A stretch of 64,000 bases of DNA from the NCBI RefSeq assembly GCF_965641715.1, contig NZ_OZ282453.1. One strand, 5' to 3'. The notes beneath the pieces are model-generated. The model saw only the letters and a list, made by a program, of their open reading frames with translations. It was not told where the DNA came from and made no database searches. Positions 9,715-17,464 of the stretch are shown piece after piece (the stretch's first letter is position 1; each line of letters starts with the position of its first letter). The DNA is from Escherichia coli. GTDB taxonomy: Bacteria > Pseudomonadota > Gammaproteobacteria > Enterobacterales > Enterobacteriaceae. The translations under genes were made by a program, and so were the position numbers.

Positions 9715-11376
9715 TTACACACCATCAAACGTCGCAAGCCGCTCTTTGTGGCTGTCGCTCATATCGAATGCAAATTCCTCATGCTCTGCCTGGAATGTGC
9801 CAAACGCCATCAGCGCCGCAACGCTCGGGTCTATCTTGTTGGATGATTTTTTCTTGTTCGGCTTGATATTGGCGTTCGCGTCACTCTGCATCACAACATT
9901 ACTCATTGACCAGGCCAGCACCGGATCACCACGATGCACAATCACCTTCCGGTTAACAAAAACTTCGAACGATTTCGCCGCCGGACTGAAACGAAGGTAC
10001 GTTTGCGGGAACGGCTCCACCTCAAATCCCGCCCCCTGTAGCTGTGTTCTCAGGTGAGTGGCGTTCCATGTATCGAAGCCCACCAGCCTGATACTGAAAT
10101 TCTCTGCATCCACCATGATGTCATCACGGATACGGTCATAATCAATGCAGTCACCCGGTGTTGTGCGTATCCAGCCCGCCTTTACCCACTGGCGATAAAT
10201 GGCGCGGTTTTTATTGGCGGGGTTCTGTAACTGAAATTCCGGCAGATAGTGACGGGAAACCAGCATAATCTTTTTACCGACCGGAAAGGCATAGCACACG
10301 CTGGAAATATCGCTGGTTGATGATAAGTCCAGCCCCACGTAGCACTCCTGCCCGTATAAATCCGCCTCCGCGAACGTTCCGGCGCACTCCGCCCATGCAC
10401 CGTTACCCATCCACGGCGTAGCCCCCTGACACCAGATATTGAATCGCTTGGTGAGCATTTCCACCCACTGCGACGGAATACCCCGCGCTTTCTGGATGGT
10501 TGAGGCCAGTTTTTCACGATCGACGGAAACATCGATATTGGGATTCGCCTTTATCCACATCGCCGGATCGTCAACCTCGCTTTCATCATCCAGCTCGTAA
10601 ATCAGTACGAACATGGATTCGTTCACCTCTTCACCATCCAGTATCTGGCAGCAATAGTCGTAGTGTTGTTTACAGGCTGAAACAACGTTGCTCCCCGATG
10701 TGGTGATGGCAAATAATAACCCCTCCGGACGCGCCCCCATTCCCAGTTCAAGCGCGGAATAAACCCCGTTGTCAGGGTGCAGGTGATATTCATCTACAAT
10801 GGCAAGACTCGGGTTTGTACCTTCAATGGTTGCCGCTTTTGCTGCCAGTGGCTTTAACAGGCTGTTGGTTTTCGGGTGTATCACCTTGTGTGCCTGAATA
10901 TTTACCCGCTTTCGTAACGGTCGGGATAAAAGGCACATCTGACGCGCATCATCAAACACGATCCGCGCCTGATCACGACTCACGGCGGCGGTGTAAATAT
11001 CCTGCTGCCCGTTTTCCATAACCAGAAACCAGTTAGCCAGGATAGCGGCGACCGTGGATTTGGCATTTTTTCGCGGTACTTCAATGAATGCGCTGGTGTA
11101 TTTGCGCCGTCCGGTGGCCTTAACCTTAAAGCCCAGGATGCACGCAAAGGCGAACTGCTGCCACGGCTCCAGCTCAATGGGGCTACCGCGCATTGCGCCT
11201 TTTACGTGCGGACACACCCTGGAAAAGGCAATAAACTGCTCCACGACCTCCGGATCGAACGTGTAAAGGGGGTTTTCAAGGTCAGAAAAATACCGTTTAA
11301 CGGCCTGTTTCAGTCGTTTACAGGCCGTAATTTTGCCGTTTTTTACGCCTTCTGCGTACTCATGCCAGGCGGTCAA
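9715..11376 (-). CDS. Terminase large subunit (satellite, intact)
   Basis: 553 aa with ATPase motifs (VPRKNAKST, AIVDEYH) and C-terminal nuclease region. Confidence 0.85.
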   Translation of the reverse strand: MTAWHEYAEGVKNGKITACKRLKQAVKRYFSDLENPLYTFDPEVVEQFIAFSRVCPHVKGAMRGSPIELEPWQQFAFACILGFKVKATGRRKYTSAFIEVPRKNAKSTVAAILANWFLVMENGQQDIYTAAVSRDQARIVFDDARQMCLLSRPLRKRVNIQAHKVIHPKTNSLLKPLAAKAATIEGTNPSLAIVDEYHLHPDNGVYSALELGMGARPEGLLFAITTSGSNVVSACKQHYDYCCQILDGEEVNESMFVLIYELDDESEVDDPAMWIKANPNIDVSVDREKLASTIQKARGIPSQWVEMLTKRFNIWCQGATPWMGNGAWAECAGTFAEADLYGQECYVGLDLSSTSDISSVCYAFPVGKKIMLVSRHYLPEFQLQNPANKNRAIYRQWVKAGWIRTTPGDCIDYDRIRDDIMVDAENFSIRLVGFDTWNATHLRTQLQGAGFEVEPFPQTYLRFSPAAKSFEVFVNRKVIVHRGDPVLAWSMSNVVMQSDANANIKPNKKKSSNKIDPSVAALMAFGTFQAEHEEFAFDMSDSHKERLATFDGV

Positions 11377-11716
11377 GCTCGTCCTCTTCCTCTGTTTCCG
11401 GTGGATTTCTGCGGCGACTTACCGGGTCAAAACCCAGCAAAGAAGCCATTTTGATCATTATTCTTTCAGCGTCAGCCTTTGCGCTCAGGGCGGGGTTTCT
11501 GCTCTCGCTGCCCTGACTGTTAACAATGCTGAACCCGCGCGTGGCAAGGTCTTCGACGGCTTTGCGGTATATGGAGTAGTTAACGCAATACAGCTCCAGA
11601 TTGCTCCAGTCGGCGGGGGTAAGGTCTTCCCGTCCGGAAAGCTGGCGCGATTTTTCCTTCCACTGCCTGACCGCGATTTCATCCAGGTAAGCGGGGGCTT
11701 TTGGTGGTCTTGCCAT
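11360..11716 (-). CDS. Terminase small subunit (satellite)
   Basis: Starts MARPPKAPAYLDE..; overlaps terL start; ORF track extends to 11857. Confidence 0.7.
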   Translation of the reverse strand: MARPPKAPAYLDEIAVRQWKEKSRQLSGREDLTPADWSNLELYCVNYSIYRKAVEDLATRGFSIVNSQGSESRNPALSAKADAERIMIKMASLLGFDPVSRRRNPPETEEEDELDRLA

Positions 11717-12004
11717 GTTCTTTTTTCGCCCAATTATTTTCAAAAAAATTCCCGTGCACAAAAATTTGAGGAGGCGGTCGGTGTCCGGCAGGGACGGTTT
11801 TGTCCTGAAAACCTCCCCCCCCCCCTCTGACGGCCTCACCAGCGATTGCGAAAACATTCCATGACCTCGCGGTCACGGTCGGTTAATCGCTTCGCTGTGG
11901 TGCGTTCTGTGCGCCCTGTCCTGTTGGCTTTGTGCCCTGTCTCCTGTGTCTTCCATAAGTCACGCTGCCTTATCAGTCCACGTATCAGCCTGTTTTGCTC
12001 CTGT

Positions 12005-12445
12005 TCAGTCATCATCGCCATACATCCAGTCGTTACGGTGTGCCGCCCGTTCTTCCTGCTCGCGATACATACCCGCCTTACGGTTCGCTTTCGTGGCTGG
12101 ATCTTCCCGTGTTGTCTTACGGTTATGGCACGTCTGGCACAATGCCTGGTGGTTCCACTCAGGCCAGAAGAGAACATCACCGCCGCCATTGATGGGAATG
12201 ATGTGATCCACCACAAGAGCTGGCGTATAAATCCCCTTAGCCAGACAACGCACGCATAACGGATTTTTGCTCAGGTACAGGGCGCGGTATTTGTCCCACT
12301 GTCGGGAATACCCGCGCGCGCGGCGGTGTCCCCGTCTGGCATCCTCTGCACGCCATGCAGCCCGCCTGTGATCTTCGCACTTGCCGGACTTCACGCGCTT
12401 ATTACAGCCCGGCTCAGTGCATCGCCTTAATGGTTGCCACGGCAT
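12005..12445 (-). CDS. HNH endonuclease (packaging-associated)
   Basis: Cys-rich N-terminus and HNH motif (..DHIIPINGGG..H..C..CH). Confidence 0.8.
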   Translation of the reverse strand: MPWQPLRRCTEPGCNKRVKSGKCEDHRRAAWRAEDARRGHRRARGYSRQWDKYRALYLSKNPLCVRCLAKGIYTPALVVDHIIPINGGGDVLFWPEWNHQALCQTCHNRKTTREDPATKANRKAGMYREQEERAAHRNDWMYGDDD

Positions 12446-12744
12446 CAGTACACCCCTACATCACGATAAACCGACCAGAGCGCAGAAATAGCCATAGGCA
12501 GTTCAGACTGCTCCACAGGTGAAACCGCTTCCCTGTTCTCGTACAGGAAAGCGATGTACATCAGGCAACCAACACGTATTGCCGGGGTAAATTCCAGCCC
12601 GTCTTCAAAACGTTTCCCGATATGCTTCTGGCAGGCTTCCAGCGCCGCATCGGTATACATTTTCAGAAGTTCGCCCTCACCTGAGAAGTCATCAAGGCGA
12701 AGATGTGCCCTGACTTCATCAGGTGTAATTTTTTCTTCACTCAT
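12445..12744 (-). CDS. gp6-like head-tail connector (satellite)
   Basis: MSEEKITPDEVRAHLRLDD.. N-terminus; internal ATG, ORF track start 12825. Confidence 0.55.
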   Translation of the reverse strand: MSEEKITPDEVRAHLRLDDFSGEGELLKMYTDAALEACQKHIGKRFEDGLEFTPAIRVGCLMYIAFLYENREAVSPVEQSELPMAISALWSVYRDVGVY

Positions 12745-13951
12745 CTTTTTCACCTTTAATTTCCACCGTCTGCTTCCATGCCTGGCTGAACTCGTCACCA
12801 CCTTCACGCGGCGGCATCCCCTCACGTTCGCGGGCTTCGTTCGGATTCATGATCCCGTTCTTAATCCCTTTCTCATACGTGGCGTAACGCTCGGTTGGAG
12901 TAGCGCGCAGTAAATCGGCTGAATCAAACTCAACCAGATAACGGGTACCAGGTATGGGAGAAGCCACCAGCAAAGCGGCCTTAATTTGCTGTTCGAAGTT
13001 CGCCAGCCATGGGCGCATTGTCATGGTCAGAAACGCGCGGCTTGCCTCACTGAAATTGCTGTAGGTGCTGTTGCTGTATTCCTGAAGAAAAATCGGCGAC
13101 ACGTTGAACATCCGGGCGATGTCTTCAATGGAGAAGCGACGGGAGGCCAGCCATTCTGCATCCTGGTTACTCATCCCCAGTTGCTTGTAATCCATACCCC
13201 CTTCAAGGATTGGCGTTTTTCCGGCATTTTTCGCCCCCTTGTAGCGTTCCAGGGCGTCTAATGCCTGTTTACCTTTCACGCCGTCCAGCCATTCGCCTGA
13301 CGTGATAATCCCTGCCGCCATCATGCCATCTTTCATAATGCTGGCTCCGTGACGCTGTTGAGCAAGGCCAAGCCCCAGCGCCTCACGGCAAATCGTGACA
13401 GGGGAGCGCCCCAGAAAGCCATCATCCGAGGCATAGCGGAGATGCAGAACTTCTTCCTGCAAATACGTGCGCACCGTTCCTGTATAGGGTTCGGTGATGG
13501 TATAGCGGTATTTGTGTGCGCCAGTGCGTTCCGGTACAACACACCCCGGCGCATAAGGATGAAGTGATTTTGGCTGACCGTCCCGCCCCCACTCAATAAC
13601 CGCATAGGCGTTACCGTTCAGCAGGCAGTGACGCATCATTGTGCGTTTAAACTGGTAAGGTGTCTGGCACGAATTAGGCTGCTCATTCAGCAGAATATCG
13701 ACCGGGTGACTGTCCAGCCATTCCCGCGCCTCCCTGCCCTTGTCATTGCGTACCAGATACAGATAACACGGCATCGTGGCCACCGCCTCAGCGATGACAG
13801 AAACCGCGTTCATCACAGCAGGCAATGATTCAGCCGTCCCGGCAGAAACATATTCTCCGGATCCGGTATTCGGTACGCCGGACAGCGCCAGAAAATCATC
13901 AATGGACAGGTTACGCAGATCGCTTTTTTTACGACTAAAAGGCCACCACAT
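12737..13951 (-). CDS. Portal protein (satellite, HK97 family)
   Basis: Portal-like sequence; ATG at 13951 abuts protease stop; ORF track start 14041. Confidence 0.8.
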   Translation of the reverse strand: MWWPFSRKKSDLRNLSIDDFLALSGVPNTGSGEYVSAGTAESLPAVMNAVSVIAEAVATMPCYLYLVRNDKGREAREWLDSHPVDILLNEQPNSCQTPYQFKRTMMRHCLLNGNAYAVIEWGRDGQPKSLHPYAPGCVVPERTGAHKYRYTITEPYTGTVRTYLQEEVLHLRYASDDGFLGRSPVTICREALGLGLAQQRHGASIMKDGMMAAGIITSGEWLDGVKGKQALDALERYKGAKNAGKTPILEGGMDYKQLGMSNQDAEWLASRRFSIEDIARMFNVSPIFLQEYSNSTYSNFSEASRAFLTMTMRPWLANFEQQIKAALLVASPIPGTRYLVEFDSADLLRATPTERYATYEKGIKNGIMNPNEAREREGMPPREGGDEFSQAWKQTVEIKGEKDE

Positions 13952-13952
13952 A

Positions 13953-14513
13953 TCACAACCCCGCCAGTTCAGCCCAGCGATGACGATTATTTCCTGTCGG
14001 GCGTAATTCAGGGTGCTGTGCAAACAACGAACGGTGGGCAATCTCCACGCCGGATTCGGGATAAGCAGGCATCGACGTTATCGTGATTTCACGGAGTTCT
14101 GCGGCGGTAACAGTGCGCAGATACGGTTTTTGCGCGATATTCCACTCTTCGCATAATGCGCGAAAGCCAAAGCTCATTCCTGTAATGTCGCCACGCTCCA
14201 CCAGCGTAAGCACATCTTTTCCAAGCTGGGTATCAGGCGGTGTCAGTTCAAAACGTAGCCCGGTGTTGTCCTCAGTCAGTACCAGTGTTCCGGATTTGGT
14301 GCGCCCCAGCAGTCGGGTATAGTCATGCTCATACAGGCAGCGCACATCATTACCCGCCGCCAGATAGTCAGCAAAAGCCCCCGGCGTGAACTGTTCGCGG
14401 AATTCGTCCCAGATAATTTCTGAAAGGCTGTTCCAGCGAACGGCATACCCCACCAGCTTTTTATTGCTGGCGGTCAGTTCAGATGTGCGGATTTCAAAAT
14501 CGGTGTTTTTCAT
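13953..14513 (-). CDS. Prohead protease (satellite)
   Basis: 186 aa, ..GYAVRWNS.. region matching HK97 protease pattern. Confidence 0.8.
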   Translation of the reverse strand: MKNTDFEIRTSELTASNKKLVGYAVRWNSLSEIIWDEFREQFTPGAFADYLAAGNDVRCLYEHDYTRLLGRTKSGTLVLTEDNTGLRFELTPPDTQLGKDVLTLVERGDITGMSFGFRALCEEWNIAQKPYLRTVTAAELREITITSMPAYPESGVEIAHRSLFAQHPELRPTGNNRHRWAELAGL

Positions 14514-14567
14514 CGGTGTACTCCATAAAGCTGAAAAAGGAGGCCGCAGCCTCCTCCTTACTCATGA

Positions 14568-15737
14568 CTAGCCAGCTTTCATTTCCAGAATTTTGATGGC
14601 GTTTGAATCCACCACACCACCGCCCAGATATTTATCCGTGTGGACCTTGTAGAATCCGGGCTCAGTAATGTTGTCCGGTCGGGTGCGAATCCCTGTTACA
14701 TGATCAACGATGAAATAACCACGACTGAAATCGCCAACCGCTAGCGGTGCTTTTCCTGCGCCGATGTCCGGCATGGACTCCAGGCAGAAAACAGGACGAC
14801 CAAGCAACATATCCGGCGCACCTTCTTTAAGGCTGTCGCGCCAGATATAATCGCCATTCTCATTTTTCAGCTTCTGTAGTGTCCCTGCCGTGCCCGAGTT
14901 CATCACCCAGACGGCATTTTTGCGGTATTTCGCTTTCAGCTTGTAGAGAATGTCGATCAGTTCGTCCGCTGTAATGGCGGTTCCACTTGCCGCTACCACT
15001 TTTTCAATGGTGCCAAAAGCGCGGGTTTTGTCACTGGTCGCCGCACGGGTGTAAGCCATGAAGCCTTTCGGCTTGCCGTTACCGTCGCCATTAACAAAAT
15101 CATCCTCTTCGGTGCTGGCGAACGTGTCGGCAATTTCGGAGGATAACCAGCCCAGAATATCCACCTCTGAAAAATCCAGGATTTCCTGCGTGGTTTTCGG
15201 GTAGGCGTAGATCGGATTCAGCTTGATGGTTACACGTTCAATTTTCGGGGTGTTGGTTTCACTACGTGCGCAGCCTTCTGTGCCTCGTCCTACAGTTGCG
15301 CCGCCAGTGGAAACCAGTTTCTGAAACTCATTTGATTTTGCGGTCTTCACGGTCGCGATCACGCGCATAACACTGTCATCCTGTAGCTGGCGCATGACTT
15401 CGCGATCAAGCTCAGGAATTACGGTATATCCGCCATCCCTGCCGCTGTCAGTGCTGGTGGACAGTGATCGCACATCTCCGGTTACGATGTAGTTACGCAA
15501 TTCATCAGATGATAATTTCTGGATGCCCGTTCCTGGCTTGCTGCGTTCTTCATCAGCCACAGACTCGAGGCGGTAAATTTCTGTGTCGAGGGAATCGGCT
15601 TTTGCACGCAGTTCATCAAACTGTTTGCCCTCGTCATCGTTCAGGCTGCGGTTTTCACTGTCGGCTTTTTCCAGCAGGGATCGCATCTGGTTTTTCAGGG
15701 CGGTTTTTTGCTGGCGGAGTTCGATTAATTTCTTCAT
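14568..15737 (-). CDS. Major capsid protein (satellite, HK97 fold)
   Basis: 389 aa, coiled N-terminal segment, homologous architecture to 5176..6381. Confidence 0.85.
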   Translation of the reverse strand: MKKLIELRQQKTALKNQMRSLLEKADSENRSLNDDEGKQFDELRAKADSLDTEIYRLESVADEERSKPGTGIQKLSSDELRNYIVTGDVRSLSTSTDSGRDGGYTVIPELDREVMRQLQDDSVMRVIATVKTAKSNEFQKLVSTGGATVGRGTEGCARSETNTPKIERVTIKLNPIYAYPKTTQEILDFSEVDILGWLSSEIADTFASTEEDDFVNGDGNGKPKGFMAYTRAATSDKTRAFGTIEKVVAASGTAITADELIDILYKLKAKYRKNAVWVMNSGTAGTLQKLKNENGDYIWRDSLKEGAPDMLLGRPVFCLESMPDIGAGKAPLAVGDFSRGYFIVDHVTGIRTRPDNITEPGFYKVHTDKYLGGGVVDSNAIKILEMKAG

Positions 15738-15974
15738 GAAGGTTTTCTCGTATTGGTTAAGATTCAGGACGTGAAACCAACACGGAGGGAGCGCCGCCCG
15801 ACACTCTCGGCATCTCGCAGATCAACCCGGCATCGCGCAGGGGGTCAGGCGGCATTGTGGCGGCTCACGTCTGAGTGCCACACGCCAACATATACATAAA
15901 AATCAGTATGTAAACATCAGCCAGAATCACCGAACAACCTGGAACAACCACGAACAAATAATTTACAAAACCTG

Positions 15975-16000
15975 AAAAAAAGACCTGGAGAAAATCCAGG
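15975..16000 (-). terminator. Intrinsic terminator upstream of satellite capsid operon
   Basis: Hairpin cctgga/tccagg followed by T-run on minus strand, directly after ORF 16012..16260. Confidence 0.5.
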
Positions 16001-16011
16001 CCTTTATCGCT

Positions 16012-16260
16012 TTATTGTTTCACTGGATCCCGCATTCTGCGTCTTATTTTCCACAGATATTCGATCATCGCTTCCACCTGCTCACGATTGGTTGCGAAAA
16101 TTTCCCCGGTCAGTGAGCTGCGCAGAAAATCATGATGATCCACAACAAACAACGCATCGGAAGAAAGCAGACGGCGATATTTTTTTGCTGTCGTGGTTTC
16201 CAGATCATCAAAACCATGAAACTTTTTATGTTGCTGGACTTCTTCAAATGTCACTGGCAT
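16012..16260 (-). CDS. Hypothetical protein
   Basis: 82 aa ORF, 4-nt overlap with upstream ProQ-like gene. Confidence 0.4.
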   Translation of the reverse strand: MPVTFEEVQQHKKFHGFDDLETTTAKKYRRLLSSDALFVVDHHDFLRSSLTGEIFATNREQVEAMIEYLWKIRRRMRDPVKQ

Positions 16261-16793
16261 GTATCCCCCTTTGCCGCCCGGCGCTGGCGCTTGTGCTTCT
16301 CATTCAGCGCCATCAGCCGCGTTTCTGCCTCCTGCTGTTCCTGTGGTGTCACTTCCCCACATGGCTGGCCTTTCAGGTCGTATCGTACCCCACCAGCAAC
16401 CAGGGCGCGGTAATAGCGCGGAGACTGCGCATAAGATGCCAGCGTCGCACGTAATGCCCCCGGCCCGAATGCCAGCCCCCTGACGGCGAGATCCTGCATC
16501 AGGTCGTCGAATATCCCCACCTTAAGCGGCTTCGGTGCTTCCCTGTTGAATAAGTCAGGCCACATCTCAGTGAGGCGGTTAACGCGCCTGCGGTTTTTGC
16601 GCTGGCGTTTGGTCATATGCCGCCACGGTGTCACCCCTGTGGGCTGCCCTTTGCGGCTCTGCTGTGCGTTCTGATTGCCGGGTATCACTTTATGCGCCGA
16701 TGTGGTTTTATCCCGCTCTTGCGCCGCCTGCGTCGTTTTCTGCGGCGTGCCGTAAATGCCTTTCGGTTTTCGGTTAATGGTCAGCTTTGTCAT
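16251..16793 (-). CDS. ProQ/FinO-domain RNA-binding protein with basic N-terminal extension
   Basis: ..PLKVGIFDDL..RATLASYAQSPRYYRAL..RYDLKGQPCGEV.. parallels ProQ N-terminal domain. Confidence 0.6.
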   Translation of the reverse strand: MTKLTINRKPKGIYGTPQKTTQAAQERDKTTSAHKVIPGNQNAQQSRKGQPTGVTPWRHMTKRQRKNRRRVNRLTEMWPDLFNREAPKPLKVGIFDDLMQDLAVRGLAFGPGALRATLASYAQSPRYYRALVAGGVRYDLKGQPCGEVTPQEQQEAETRLMALNEKHKRQRRAAKGDTCQ

Positions 16794-16957
16794 GCCTTCC
16801 CCTGTAATTACTCTGTTCGCTGTTGTGAATTAAAACGGTATGTTATCCCCGTACAGGTCATCGTGCTGGCCTGTCTGTTGTTTTGCCCTGTTCAGTGCGT
16901 CAGTGGCCTGCCCCTGTTGGCCTTTTTTGCCGCCCGGTCGCGCCGTTCTCGCACTGA

Positions 16958-17254
16958 TTACGCTGTCTGCGATGACCTGCCAGCCCTGCCGCGTTTCGCC
17001 GTTCTGCCCTGTCCACTGCTTACCTGCATGTTACCCGCCACGCTCACCAGTTCGCCTTTGCGGTGTTTTGCCAGTGCGTCGGCCTGTCTGCCAAACGCCA
17101 GGACGGATAACCACATCGTCGCCGTTCCGTCATCTGCCTGGCTGCATGGCAGGGGAACCGCCATACTCGCCATCGCCATTTGTGTTCCCTTGCTGGTGGT
17201 CTTTAACTGCGGGTCAGCCACCAGCCGCCCGTAAGCCGCTATCTGTGCTGTCAT
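16958..17254 (-). CDS. SSB-like OB-fold protein (tentative)
   Basis: 98 aa, ..GRLVADPQLKTT..TATMWLSVLAFGRQA..KGELVSVAG.. resembles short phage SSBs. Confidence 0.35.
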   Translation of the reverse strand: MTAQIAAYGRLVADPQLKTTSKGTQMAMASMAVPLPCSQADDGTATMWLSVLAFGRQADALAKHRKGELVSVAGNMQVSSGQGRTAKRGRAGRSSQTA

Positions 17255-17318
17255 GCTGTCTGCTCTCCGGTTTTAACGTTGATGGTTACGCTTGTTTACA
17301 CCCTTACGGTGAAATTCT

Positions 17319-17441
17319 GCGGGTTATAATCGCACTTTTGCGGGTTATAACTGCCGTTTTGCGGGTTACGTGCGGGTTATTGATTTCCTTTTTATTCATA
17401 CAGTTAATGCACTTATATACATGATAACCCGCATAACCCGC
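17319..17441. repeat. Iteron cluster, candidate satellite origin (4 direct GCGGGTTAT + 2 inverted, AT-rich centre)
   Basis: Immediately downstream of primase/helicase gene. Confidence 0.6.
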
Positions 17442-17464
17442 AACTTTTCACCTCACACAGGGGG

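Noticed and set aside
11836-12259. Overlapping ORFs on both strands across the HNH-terS interval
   Set aside because: They overlap the HNH gene or the candidate cos region and have no supporting motifs; the terS start was placed at the internal ATG (11716) instead.
16617-17424. Two overlapping plus-strand ORFs (205 and 194 aa) antisense to the ProQ-like and SSB-like genes and the iterons
   Set aside because: Cys/Pro/Arg-rich translations typical of wrong-frame reading of GC-rich DNA; they overlap better-supported minus-strand genes and the iteron cluster.
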